Shown: positions 18,946-30,499 of the stretch, piece after piece | Layout: every line of letters starts with the position of its first letter | Numbering within the stretch: position 1 is the first letter of the stretch | From: Candidatus Latescibacterota bacterium | GTDB lineage: Bacteria; Latescibacterota; UBA2968; GCA-2709665 | Reading direction: 5' to 3' | DNA: 64,000 bases | Assembly: GCA_965248435.1 (NCBI GenBank) | Contig: OZ252100.1 | Location: 1,824,001 to 1,888,000 of the forward strand | The notes under the pieces: model-generated | What the model saw: only the letters and a program-made list of their open reading frames with translations | Database searches by the model: none | What the model was told of the DNA's origin: nothing | Made by a program: the position numbers and the translations under genes

Positions 18946-19060
18946 CATTCGGCGATCCGTATGACTCGCACAACGTGGTTGCTCGCAGCTTGATTCCAGT
19001 AGGTTGCCCTATTACAATCTGGCTTATGCCCGAGTCACAATGCATTTGAAGCACGACGTA

Positions 19061-19822
19061 ATGTCTAAGGTCATTGCCATCGCCAATCAGAAGGGAGGTG
19101 TGGGTAAAACCACGACTGCGGTTAACCTTTCTGCATGTCTGGCAGCTGCCGAGAAGAAGACGTTACTCGTAGATATGGATCCGCAGGCCAACGCGACCAG
19201 CGCTTGCGGGGTTTCATTAGAAGACCAGGTTCCTTGTATCTATGAAGTGCTGGTCGATGAACTGCCTTTGTCAGAGATCGTTCAGGAAACGGAGGTGCCC
19301 TACCTAAGCCTGGCCCCCTCTCACGTCCGCCTCACAGGCGCCGAAGTCGAAGTCGTCAGCATGATGTCAAGGGAACGCCTCCTCCACGCCGCCTTGGCGC
19401 CCATCCGTGAGGAGTACGACTACATCCTGATAGACTGTCCGCCCTCCCTTGGACTCCTGACGATCAACGTACTGACGACTGTGGACGCCATACTCATTCC
19501 GATCCAGTGCGAGTATTTCGCCCTCGAAGGGCTAGGAAAACTCCTGAATACATTGAAGCTTGTGCAGAAGCACCTCAATCCCGATCTCAAGATTGAAGGC
19601 GTGCTCCTTACCATGTTCGACGGCCGGCTCAATCTTTCCCGACAGGTCGCAGACGAAACCAAGGAATACTTCGGAGAGAAGGTTTTTAGGACAGTTATCG
19701 GTCGAAACGTAAAACTTGGAGAAGCTCCGAGTTTTGGAAAACCCATCATCCTCTACGACATCATGTCCAACGGGGCGCAGAACTACATTAACCTGGCCGG
19801 TGAGGTAATCAACCATGGGTAA
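19061..19822 (+). CDS. parA: Chromosome partitioning ATPase ParA/Soj
   Basis: [42 protein letters not shown]. Confidence 0.95.
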   Translation: MSKVIAIANQKGGVGKTTTAVNLSACLAAAEKKTLLVDMDPQANATSACGVSLEDQVPCIYEVLVDELPLSEIVQETEVPYLSLAPSHVRLTGAEVEVVSMMSRERLLHAALAPIREEYDYILIDCPPSLGLLTINVLTTVDAILIPIQCEYFALEGLGKLLNTLKLVQKHLNPDLKIEGVLLTMFDGRLNLSRQVADETKEYFGEKVFRTVIGRNVKLGEAPSFGKPIILYDIMSNGAQNYINLAGEVINHG

Positions 19823-20711
19823 AAGGAATGCCCTTGGCAAAGGACTCGGGGCGCTCATCCCGGGAGCCGAAGGCGAAACTTCCACGTTTCCTCACGAAGC
19901 CCTCGGCCAGACAGACGTCACAGGGCACAAAATCGTAGAGATCAGTACCTCGGACATCGAACCCAGTCCACACCAACCTCGCATAGAGTTTACCCCCAAA
20001 GCGCTCGATGAGTTGGCCCAGTCGATCGAGGAGAAAGGAATCATCCAGCCGCTCACTGTTCGAAAGTACGGGTCCGGATATCAGCTGATCGCAGGAGAGC
20101 GCCGCCTCCGCGCCGCAAGACAGGCCGGCTTGAAATCTGTACCGGCGATCTTGCTCTCCATCATTACGGACGAAGAGGCGATGGAGATATCTTTAATCGA
20201 AAACATTCAGCGAGAGGATCTCAATGCCATCGAAGAAGCGATGGCCTATCGGACGCTGATGGATGAGTTCCAATTGTCGCAGGAGGAGCTGGCAAAGAAA
20301 GTCGGCAAAGATCGGTCCACAATCTCCAACATGCTTCGACTTCTCAAGCTTTCTCCCGAAGTTCGTAGCGCGCTCGAGAAGGACCAGATCTCTATGGGGC
20401 ACGCGCGCGCGCTTCTCGGAATTCCGGACCAGAAGAATCAGGCCCACCTGTGTCGAAGAATTATCGCCCAGGGGCTGAGCGTACGAAAGACGGAGATCCT
20501 GGTTGCGGCCTCCCAAGAGGGTCGTGCATCGATCCGGAAGCTTCCCGCCAAAACCCCAGATATTCTTGCTGTGGAAGAGGACCTTCAGCGCCAGTTCGGT
20601 ACAGCGGTCAACATTCTACGGAAGGGTCATAGGGGAACGATCGAAATTGAATTCTACAGCGATGATGACCTAGAACGCCTTCTTGACATCCTTAAAGGAA
20701 GTTTCCTCTAG
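19815..20711 (+). CDS. parB: Chromosome partitioning protein ParB/Spo0J
   Basis: [51 protein letters not shown]. Confidence 0.95.
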   Translation: MGKRNALGKGLGALIPGAEGETSTFPHEALGQTDVTGHKIVEISTSDIEPSPHQPRIEFTPKALDELAQSIEEKGIIQPLTVRKYGSGYQLIAGERRLRAARQAGLKSVPAILLSIITDEEAMEISLIENIQREDLNAIEEAMAYRTLMDEFQLSQEELAKKVGKDRSTISNMLRLLKLSPEVRSALEKDQISMGHARALLGIPDQKNQAHLCRRIIAQGLSVRKTEILVAASQEGRASIRKLPAKTPDILAVEEDLQRQFGTAVNILRKGHRGTIEIEFYSDDDLERLLDILKGSFL

Positions 20712-20787
20712 TTTTCCCTCCCAGCACGCCTCGAAGTGCGTCAAACCACCAAAGCTCCATGCCAGACTAGAGACCCCGGGTCTTAAT

Positions 20788-21723
20788 ATGACACGAAATT
20801 TCCTCGGGAAGTTCATGAGAGGGCTTTCCAAGACCAGGGAAGCTGCGCTTGTAAGGATCAGAGACGTGATCCGCCGTGGACCCCAGCTGGATGCTGAGGC
20901 GTTTGACCAACTTGAGGAAGCCCTTATCCAGGCAGATGTTGGGGTTAGCGCGACTGGCCGAATCCTGGAAACGCTCAGATGCCGAGTCCAGAACGCAGGT
21001 ACATCGGGACTGACAGAAGAAATGATATGGAGTATCCTCAGCGAACAGGTGCTGGCAATCCTGAAAGAGTGCAGCAATCCTTCGTCGGACCCGTCCCTCA
21101 GGCAGAAACCGTGGGTTGTCATGGTCGCAGGTGTCAACGGCGTGGGCAAGACAACAACCGTTGGGAAACTGGCGGCGCGCCTGAGATCAGAGAAGAAGAG
21201 AGTGCTGCTGGCCGCCTGTGACACGTTTCGTGCAGCCGGAATCGATCAGCTGCGCGTTTGGGCAGATCGGTGCGGAGCGGATATCGTAGAACACCAGCCC
21301 GGCGCAGATGCGGCGTCAGTCGCCTTCGACGCCATCACGGCGGCCAGGGCCCGCGACTCAGACATGGTCCTTATCGACACTGCCGGACGCCTTCACACAA
21401 AAGTAAACTTGATGGAGGAACTGAAAAAAATTCGGCGCGTACTCGGAAAGGCCCTGGATGGGGCTCCCCACGAAGTGCTGCTCGTGATCGACGCCACGAC
21501 AGGACAAAACGCGGTCGCACAAGCCCGACAGTTTCACCAGGATCTGGGCGTGACAGGCCTGGTATTGGCGAAACTCGATGGCACGGCAAAAGGAGGCGTC
21601 GTGGTCGCGATTGCGGAGGAGCTAGGCCTCCCCCTGCAGATGGTCGGTCTGGGGGAGGAGGCCGATGACCTCGTCGATTTCGACCCGGAATCGTTCGTCG
21701 CGGCCCTCTTCGAAGCCAGCTGA
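20788..21723 (+). CDS. ftsY: Signal recognition particle receptor FtsY
   Basis: GVNGVGKTTTVGKLA, DTFRAA, DTAGRLH, DATTGQN, KLDGTAKGG. Confidence 0.95.
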   Translation: MTRNFLGKFMRGLSKTREAALVRIRDVIRRGPQLDAEAFDQLEEALIQADVGVSATGRILETLRCRVQNAGTSGLTEEMIWSILSEQVLAILKECSNPSSDPSLRQKPWVVMVAGVNGVGKTTTVGKLAARLRSEKKRVLLAACDTFRAAGIDQLRVWADRCGADIVEHQPGADAASVAFDAITAARARDSDMVLIDTAGRLHTKVNLMEELKKIRRVLGKALDGAPHEVLLVIDATTGQNAVAQARQFHQDLGVTGLVLAKLDGTAKGGVVVAIAEELGLPLQMVGLGEEADDLVDFDPESFVAALFEAS

Positions 21724-21843
21724 AGGGTTGCCGACAGCCGTCACCCGGTGCGAAAAAGACCCTCGCAAAGTCCGATGACCTCCCTGCGCGTTCCATCGAC
21801 CCGCGGCCCTGCTTGAGAACCCCACTTCCCATCCCCGACCACG

Positions 21844-21872
21844 TTGACGTTGCCGTTAAAGTTCGGTATATT
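21844..21872 (+). promoter_or_regulatory. Sigma-70 promoter upstream of iscS
   Basis: TTGACG-N17-TATATT. Confidence 0.6.
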
Positions 21873-21938
21873 GGTGACTTACCAGAGGTGTTCCGGAAGG
21901 ACATACCTTCTTCGCCAGAACTCCGTTCTGAGAAACAA

Positions 21939-23126
21939 ATGAAACCCGAAACTCCGATCTACATGGATGCTCACGCGACGACGCCGGTGGACGAACGCGT
22001 ACTGGAAGAGATGCTTCCTCATTTTCGAAACGAATTCGGAAACGCCTCCAGCCGCTCACACATATTTGGTTGGACCGCAGAAGCAGCCGTAGACAAGGCA
22101 AGAGAGAGGATCGCTGCCCTGATTGGCGGGCAACCCAAGGAGATCATCTTCACCAGCGGGGCGACCGAGTCAGACAACCTTGCAATCAAAGGTGTGGCCG
22201 CGGCCCACGGCGACAGGGGCAAGCATATCATTACCCAGGCCACCGAGCATCACGCCGTGTTGGACACCTGTAGCGCGTTGGCAAGACAAGGTTTCGATAT
22301 TACAGTCCTTCCCGTGGACGAGTATGGCCAGGTCAACACCGAAGCGGTCGCCCAGGCCATCACAGACCGGACCATCCTTGTCTCGATCATGGCCGCAAAT
22401 AACGAAATCGGAACGCTGCAACCGGTCACCGAGATTGGAACGATCTGCAGAGAGCGAAATGTCCTCTTTCACGTAGACGCTGCTCAGGCCGTAGGAAAAA
22501 TCCCTATCGATGTCAGGTCTGCGTGTGTCGACCTCCTCTCTATGACCGCTCACAAGTTCTACGGACCCAAGGGGGTCGGCGCACTTTACGTACGGAGCCG
22601 TTTGCGCGTGGTAGGTCAAATGGATGGCGGGGGCCACGAAAGGGGTATGCGGTCCGGAACCCTGAACGTGCCTGGAATCGTCGGGTTGGGTAAGGCGTGT
22701 GAAGTTGCCGGGGCCGAGATGGAGCAGGAGGCAGGTCGCATCAGAAACCTGCGTGATCGCTTGCAAACAAGGATCCTTGAGGGTCTGGATGAAGTCTATC
22801 TCAATGGCCACCCCAAAGAGAGGCTGGACTCGAATCTGAACCTTAGCTTCAAATATGTCGACGGAGAGAGCCTTCTGATGGGCCTGAGCGAGATTGCCCT
22901 GTCTTCCGGATCGGCGTGTACATCCGCCAGCCTGGAACCGTCATACGTGCTTCGGGCAATCGGCGTGCGAGATGACCTGGCTCAAGGAAGCCTCCGGTTC
23001 GGATTGGGCCGCTTTAACTCGATGCAGGAGATCGACTACGTGGGTGGACGGGTCATCTTAGAAGTCGATCGACTGCGTGAGATATCTCCTCACTATGCGA
23101 AACCGACAGTGAAAAACTCCCGATGA
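21939..23126 (+). CDS. iscS: Cysteine desulfurase (IscS type)
   Basis: IYMD..ATTP, FTSGATESDN, AHKFYGPKG, RSGTLNVP, SSGSACTS catalytic Cys. Confidence 0.93.
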   Translation: MKPETPIYMDAHATTPVDERVLEEMLPHFRNEFGNASSRSHIFGWTAEAAVDKARERIAALIGGQPKEIIFTSGATESDNLAIKGVAAAHGDRGKHIITQATEHHAVLDTCSALARQGFDITVLPVDEYGQVNTEAVAQAITDRTILVSIMAANNEIGTLQPVTEIGTICRERNVLFHVDAAQAVGKIPIDVRSACVDLLSMTAHKFYGPKGVGALYVRSRLRVVGQMDGGGHERGMRSGTLNVPGIVGLGKACEVAGAEMEQEAGRIRNLRDRLQTRILEGLDEVYLNGHPKERLDSNLNLSFKYVDGESLLMGLSEIALSSGSACTSASLEPSYVLRAIGVRDDLAQGSLRFGLGRFNSMQEIDYVGGRVILEVDRLREISPHYAKPTVKNSR

Positions 23127-23148
23127 TCCTTTGCGTTAGCGTGATAAG

Positions 23149-23961
23149 ATGCCTACAGAACTGAGCAGGCCTGAACTCCTCCCCGATGTTCGGTACACGA
23201 TCGCGGTTTCCAGCGGCAAGGGCGGTGTTGGAAAAACCACGGTTAGCGTCAACGTGTCTATCGCCCTGATGACGCTAGGCAATTCTGTCGGGCTTCTGGA
23301 CGCCGATATCTATGGCCCAAACGTGCCGATGATGATGGGCGTAAATGAGCAGCCGGAGTCTGAAGAAGGCAAAATTATCCCCCTTGAGAACTATGGGGTC
23401 AAGTTGATGTCACTGGGATTTATTGCCAGTGAAGACACACCGGTGATCTGGCGTGGACCGATCGTGGGGAAGATGATTCAGCAGTTCATTTCCGAAGTAA
23501 AATGGGGGTCTCTCGATTATCTGGTAGTGGACCTTCCGCCAGGAACCGGGGACGCCCAGCTGACGATCGCTCAGACCGTACCTTTGGCCGGGGCCGTAAT
23601 CGTCACTACGCCCCAGGATGTCGCCCTGGAGGACGTTCGTCGCAGCATCGAAATGTTTCGTAGGGTGGATGTTCCCATCCTTGGAATCGTGGAAAACATG
23701 AGCAATTTCTGCTGCCCTCACTGTGGTGACCATGCCCCAATCTTCGGAGAAAATGGCGGCCGAGAAATCGCTGACTTTTTTGAAGTCCCCCTCCTGGGCC
23801 AAATCCCCATCAACCCTTCAATTTGCGAAGGAGGAGACCGAGGACAACCGGTCGCGAATTCCGAAGGGGATGAAGCCGAGGCGTTCCGGGAAGTTGCGCG
23901 CAGGGTCGCAGAGCGGGCTGGCGGCCTCCGGGCGCCGGGTCCCACAATAACCATTTCCTGA
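23149..23961 (+). CDS. mrp: Mrp/ApbC/NBP35 Fe-S carrier ATPase
   Basis: [38 protein letters not shown]. Confidence 0.92.
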   Translation: MPTELSRPELLPDVRYTIAVSSGKGGVGKTTVSVNVSIALMTLGNSVGLLDADIYGPNVPMMMGVNEQPESEEGKIIPLENYGVKLMSLGFIASEDTPVIWRGPIVGKMIQQFISEVKWGSLDYLVVDLPPGTGDAQLTIAQTVPLAGAVIVTTPQDVALEDVRRSIEMFRRVDVPILGIVENMSNFCCPHCGDHAPIFGENGGREIADFFEVPLLGQIPINPSICEGGDRGQPVANSEGDEAEAFREVARRVAERAGGLRAPGPTITIS

Positions 23962-24009
23962 TATGAAGAAGCTGACGGTATATCGACAGACAATCAAGGA
24001 GGACCCAAG

Positions 24010-25194
24010 ATGAGCACATCGCTCGAACAATTGTTGGAAGAAGCGAAATCGGAAGTAGCGGGAATTTCTCCGCAAGAGGGACAGCGCCGGATCCTTAACG
24101 GAAATGGGATCCTCCTTCTAGACGTGCGAGAAAGAGAAGATTACGCAGGAGGCTATATTCCACGCGCGCAGAATCTGCCCCGTGGGTTCTTGGAACTGAG
24201 GGTGGAGAGTCTGTCGAACGATCGCACGACACCCATTGTTGTGTATGGTGGAAATCATCAGGGCGCGTTGGCCGCCAGAGACCTGAATCGAATGGGTTAC
24301 GAGGACGTGGCATATATAGAAGGCGGCTACGACGCCTGGGTGGCGGCCGACCTTCCCCTGGAACGTGACCGAGCTCTCAGCAAGGCGGAGGTCCAGCGTT
24401 ATTCAAGACACTTGATGGTTCCAGAGGTGGGTGAAAAGGGGCAGGGCAAGCTCCTGGACGCGAGGGTCTTGATGGTCGGTGCTGGGGGCCTTGGAAGCCC
24501 GGCGGCATTCTATCTGGCCGCGGCGGGGGTAGGCACGATAGGCATTGTCGACGCTGACGTCGTTGACGTCACAAACTTGCAGCGTCAGATCCTTCATGGC
24601 ACATCGGACCTTGGAAGACCCAAGGCCGTCTCTGCTTATGAGACCCTCCGAGACCTCAATCCGGGATGCAACGTCGTCCCGCATATCGAATACCTGAATT
24701 CCGAGAATGTAACAGAAATTTTCGAGGACTACGACATCGTCGTTAACGGATGTGACAACTTCCCGACTCGCTACTTGGTTAACGATGCGTGCGTTTTTTC
24801 CAGGAAGCCCCTCGTGGATGGTAGCATTTTCCGGTTTGAAGGGCAGGTTACGATTTTCCCTTGCGATTCCAAGGGTCCCTGCTACCGTTGCCTTTACCCG
24901 GAACCCCCACCGGCCGAGCTCGCACCTTCCTGCGCAGAAGCCGGTGTACTCGGCGTCTTGCCGGGCACGATCGGGCTCATCCAGGCAACGGAGACGGTCA
25001 AGCTTATCCTCGGTCAGGGCGACCTGCTCGTCGAGCGGCTTTTGATGTACGATGCACTCTCAATGAATTTCAAGACCTTCAAGATTCGACGGGAACCCAA
25101 TTGCCCCGTCTGTGGAGACAACCCTACGGTTACCGAACTGATCGACTACGAGGCCTTCTGCTCGGGCGTCAGCATTCCTGAAACAGCAGGATGA
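24010..25194 (+). CDS. moeB: MoeB/ThiF (E1-like) adenylyltransferase with N-terminal rhodanese-like domain
   Basis: RYSRH, VGAGGLGSP, NLQRQILH, DNFPTRY, PCYRCL, SCAEAG, CPVC; N-terminal LLDVRE..Y..G.IP.A rhodanese fold. Confidence 0.9.
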   Translation: MSTSLEQLLEEAKSEVAGISPQEGQRRILNGNGILLLDVREREDYAGGYIPRAQNLPRGFLELRVESLSNDRTTPIVVYGGNHQGALAARDLNRMGYEDVAYIEGGYDAWVAADLPLERDRALSKAEVQRYSRHLMVPEVGEKGQGKLLDARVLMVGAGGLGSPAAFYLAAAGVGTIGIVDADVVDVTNLQRQILHGTSDLGRPKAVSAYETLRDLNPGCNVVPHIEYLNSENVTEIFEDYDIVVNGCDNFPTRYLVNDACVFSRKPLVDGSIFRFEGQVTIFPCDSKGPCYRCLYPEPPPAELAPSCAEAGVLGVLPGTIGLIQATETVKLILGQGDLLVERLLMYDALSMNFKTFKIRREPNCPVCGDNPTVTELIDYEAFCSGVSIPETAG

Positions 25195-25216
25195 TTCGGG
25201 CTTTTACGGAGAAATC

Positions 25217-25801
25217 GTGAATATCCACAGTAGCATTCTGAGCTGGATTCTAGCCTCAGTAGTCTGGCTCGGCTGCAACCAGCGTCCTGGAGAGTTGCCC
25301 GAAAAGAGGGCAGAGATAGGGCCGATTCACGTCGACTCTGTAGTCGTCATCCCCGCGACAGCTCAGGACATCATCGACGCCATCCAAGAGACTCGGGCAC
25401 CGGTGACGCTCGTGAACATCTGGGCGACCTACTGTCCACCCTGCAGAGCGGAGTTTCCGGATCTGGTTCGGCTCCACGAATCATACAAGGCCAAGGGCCT
25501 CCGCCTGGTTCTCGTCTCAGCGGATTTCGACGATCAGCTTCCAATGGCCCGGGCTTTCCTCGCCCAAAATGGCGTAGATTTTCCCTCTTACGTCAAACGC
25601 GAGCGGGACTCTGAGTTCATCGACACCATGGATGAGAGGTGGTCTGGCGCGCTCCCGGCGACGTGGATCTTCGACGCAAAGGGTGTACGACGACACTTCT
25701 GGGAGGGAATGGCAACCTACGAAGTCTTTGAGAGAAAGATCCTGGACGTCCTCAACAAGACGGCCAATCATTCAGGCGTTCCATCAAGGAGGGGAACATG
25801 A
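25217..25801 (+). CDS. TlpA-like thiol-disulfide oxidoreductase lipoprotein
   Basis: Lipobox-like WLGC; VNIWATYCPPCRAEFP; GALPAT. Confidence 0.85.
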   Translation: MNIHSSILSWILASVVWLGCNQRPGELPEKRAEIGPIHVDSVVVIPATAQDIIDAIQETRAPVTLVNIWATYCPPCRAEFPDLVRLHESYKAKGLRLVLVSADFDDQLPMARAFLAQNGVDFPSYVKRERDSEFIDTMDERWSGALPATWIFDAKGVRRHFWEGMATYEVFERKILDVLNKTANHSGVPSRRGT

Positions 25802-26424
25802 TATATATCCACAAATTCGCAATCTGTGCAGGAGCCATTGCACTTATGCTGGCCTGCGGAGCTGAGGTCGGTGGAGGGGAAAGACTGCAACTCGGAAGCA
25901 CGACGCCCTTGTCAGAAGTCAAGATGAAAAGCGTAAGTGGAGACAATCGGTCCATCTCAGACGTAAAAGGAGAGAAAGGCACACTGGTCATCTTCTCCTG
26001 TAACTCGTGTCCTTGGGTCGTCGCCTGGGAAGATCGTATTACAGAGATTGGAAACGCCTACGAAAAGAAAGGGTTCGGGGTCATCGTGATCAACTCGAAC
26101 GATCCTCAAAGCGTCTCTGGCGACGGATTGGATGAGATGACCAAGCGATCGAAAAAGTTGGGTTTTACTTTCCCATATGTCGTTGACGCAACCTCCGATG
26201 TTGCCCGTGCCTTCGGGGCGACGCGAACGCCCGAGGTATTCCTTTTCGATAATGGTGGGGTGCTCGTCTACCACGGCGCTATCGACGATGATGCGAAGAA
26301 TCCCGAGCGTGTCGAAGCCCACTACTTGAAGGATGCGCTCGAAGCGATCCTTCAGGAAAAGGAAGTTGGACGGAAAGAGACCAAAGCGCTAGGCTGTTCA
26401 ATCAAGTTTCGTCCGAAAGCCTAA
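25798..26424 (+). CDS. Thioredoxin-fold (AhpC/PRX-like) exported protein
   Basis: FSCNSCPWV, INSND, FPYVVD, GATRTPEVF, YHGAIDD, GCSIK. Confidence 0.88.
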   Translation: MIYIHKFAICAGAIALMLACGAEVGGGERLQLGSTTPLSEVKMKSVSGDNRSISDVKGEKGTLVIFSCNSCPWVVAWEDRITEIGNAYEKKGFGVIVINSNDPQSVSGDGLDEMTKRSKKLGFTFPYVVDATSDVARAFGATRTPEVFLFDNGGVLVYHGAIDDDAKNPERVEAHYLKDALEAILQEKEVGRKETKALGCSIKFRPKA

Positions 26425-26439
26425 CTGAGCCCAGAGACC

Positions 26440-26485
26440 AAAAAAAAGAAGAGGCGCCCAGAGTAAGAGCGCCTCTTCTTTTTTT
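26440..26485. terminator. Bidirectional intrinsic terminator
   Basis: A-run GAAGAGGCGC...GCGCCTCTTC T-run between convergent genes. Confidence 0.88.
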
Positions 26486-26499
26486 CTTTCAGTCAACCT

Positions 26500-28462
<1,963 letters not shown>

Positions 28463-28529
28463 ATTCATGCCCTCCTATATTCTGTGTTTAAACGGAGATG
28501 GGCAAATGTGTAACACTCTAGATAGGGAC

Positions 28530-28556
28530 TTAGCACTCAATGGCATAGAGTGCTAA
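28530..28556. promoter_or_regulatory. CIRCE element (HrcA operator)
   Basis: Exact TTAGCACTC-N9-GAGTGCTAA upstream of groES. Confidence 0.97.
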
Positions 28557-28565
28557 TAGCTTCCG

Positions 28566-28594
28566 AATATATAAAACCTGCCCCCCTGTTGCAA
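28566..28594 (-). promoter_or_regulatory. Sigma-70 promoter of groESL
   Basis: TTGCAA-N17-TATATT on minus strand, immediately upstream of CIRCE. Confidence 0.7.
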
Positions 28595-29078
28595 GAAGAA
28601 TCTCGGCAATCGGTAAGAAAGTGAACGCGTTGGCGCGACCCGATTCTTGGACAAACCGGACCGGCACACCCATCTCAGGGTTCCCTACCTTCACCCGCTC
28701 TCGGCCTCCGGGCAAATCCTTCTCTTCGATGGAGTTAGCCTGGTCAAGCCTTTGCAATTGATTTTTCAAGACAATTTTATATATTTGGGGTGCCTGAGTG
28801 GTCATTTCTATTCGACACGCCCTTTAGACCCTCACTGAACATCGGGGAACTCCCCCGGAACGACGGGCGCGTTGTGACCTCCCTCCTAGCCTCTCCGATC
28901 CGTCGCCACAAAGACTTCTTGAAGGATTCCTGCTCGACCGGACCTGGCACTGGATCCGATGGGATAGATTCCGGCCGATTCAGGATGGAGGGAAGAGTAG
29001 TCATTTGAAGACCGTAGGAATCCGCAGGAAAACCAGCCAAGGGACACGTGGCAGATTCTCACGAGAGGAAAGGGACAC

Positions 29079-30461
29079 GTGAAAGAGTACTGTGGTATCT
29101 TTGGAATTTTCGGTCACCCGGAGGCGTCCGAATTGACCACGCTGGGGCTTCACGCCCTCCAGCACCGGGGAGAAGAAAGCAGCGGAATCGCTTCCGGTGA
29201 CGGCGATCGACTCCACATACACACGGGAATGGGTCACGTGGCAGACGTCTTTGGGGGACTGGATATTTCAAGCAACCTCCCTGGCCATCTGGCCATCGGA
29301 CACAATCGATACTCCACGACCGGGTCCGACACGCTGTCCAACTCGCAACCTTTCATCGCCCAGTTTCGTCAGGGAAGTATCGCCGTAGCCCACAATGGAA
29401 ACTTGATCAACACCACACAACTTCGGGAGGAACTGGAAGAAGAAGGTGCGATCTTTCAGACGACCAGCGACAGTGAGATTGTTCTCCACCTTATCGCCCG
29501 AGTCCGCAAAGCATCCATCGTGGACCGTATCCAGGACGCGCTTGCACAGGTTCGGGGAGCCTTTTCCCTTCTCCTTTGCACAGAACAGAAGCTGATCGCG
29601 GCACGTGACCCTTATGGATTTCGACCGCTATGTCTGGGCCGATTAGGAGATGCGTGGGTTATCGCCTCTGAATCGTGTGCGCTCGACATCATCTCTGCGC
29701 GCTACATACGAGACATCGAACCCGGTGAACTGGTTGTCGTAGACGAGAACGGTCTCCGAACGATCTCCCCATTCGAGTCCGTCAGACATGCCTTTTGCAT
29801 TTTCGAATACATCTATTTTTCGCGCCCTGACAGCATCATCTTTGGCGACAATGTGGATAAGACCAGACGCAAGCTCGGTAGGCAGCTTGCCATCGAACAG
29901 CCTGCGGACGCCGACATCGTCATTGCCGTTCCAGACTCCAGCAACACTGCGGCCCTGGGTTATGCCAACGAATCTAGAATCAAACTCGAAATCGGTCTGA
30001 TTCGCAACCACTATGTTGGGCGAACTTTTATCACACCCAGCGAGGATAACCGAGCGGCGATGGTTCACCTGAAATTCAATCCGGTTCGAGGGGTCCTGAG
30101 GGGAAAGCGGGTTGTCGTTGTTGAAGATTCGATCGTTCGAGGAACCACACTTCGGCGGCTGGTTAAGATGATTCGAGAGGCCGGTGCTCGCCAGGTCCAC
30201 ATCCGTGTGAGCTGCCCTCCGATCGTATCCCCCTGTTATTACGGAATCGATTTTCAGACAGAGAGAGAACTGATAGCCAGCAAGAAGAGTGTGGAGCGAA
30301 TTCGAGAGCACCTCGGAGTAGACAGCTTGGGGTATCTCTCGCTGGAGGGAATGCTTGCCATGGCCCCCAACACTCCTCATCAGTATTGTAATGCCTGTTT
30401 CACAAAAGACTATCCCATCCCCATTGAGTCAGAAGTCAGCAAGCTGATCCTGGAGCGGTAA
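29079..30461 (+). CDS. purF: Amidophosphoribosyltransferase
   Basis: CGIFG, LQHRGEES, GHNRYST, AHNGNL, CIFEYIYFSRPDS, EDSIVRGTT, C.ACF. Confidence 0.97.
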   Translation: MKEYCGIFGIFGHPEASELTTLGLHALQHRGEESSGIASGDGDRLHIHTGMGHVADVFGGLDISSNLPGHLAIGHNRYSTTGSDTLSNSQPFIAQFRQGSIAVAHNGNLINTTQLREELEEEGAIFQTTSDSEIVLHLIARVRKASIVDRIQDALAQVRGAFSLLLCTEQKLIAARDPYGFRPLCLGRLGDAWVIASESCALDIISARYIRDIEPGELVVVDENGLRTISPFESVRHAFCIFEYIYFSRPDSIIFGDNVDKTRRKLGRQLAIEQPADADIVIAVPDSSNTAALGYANESRIKLEIGLIRNHYVGRTFITPSEDNRAAMVHLKFNPVRGVLRGKRVVVVEDSIVRGTTLRRLVKMIREAGARQVHIRVSCPPIVSPCYYGIDFQTERELIASKKSVERIREHLGVDSLGYLSLEGMLAMAPNTPHQYCNACFTKDYPIPIESEVSKLILER

Positions 30462-30499
30462 CGCGCCTCCTCTGGAGCAACTTATTTCTTTTTCAGTCG

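Noticed and set aside
18946-21938. parS site near parAB
   Set aside because: No TGTTTCACGTGAAACA-like palindrome found by eye; only partial matches elsewhere (e.g. CACGTGAAA at 29076).
28511-28529. Second CIRCE (TAACACTC half-site)
   Set aside because: No matching right arm at 9-bp spacing.
28530-29040. Several 60-90 aa ORFs between groES and purF
   Set aside because: Mutually overlapping, no motifs, and some cross the CIRCE/promoter.
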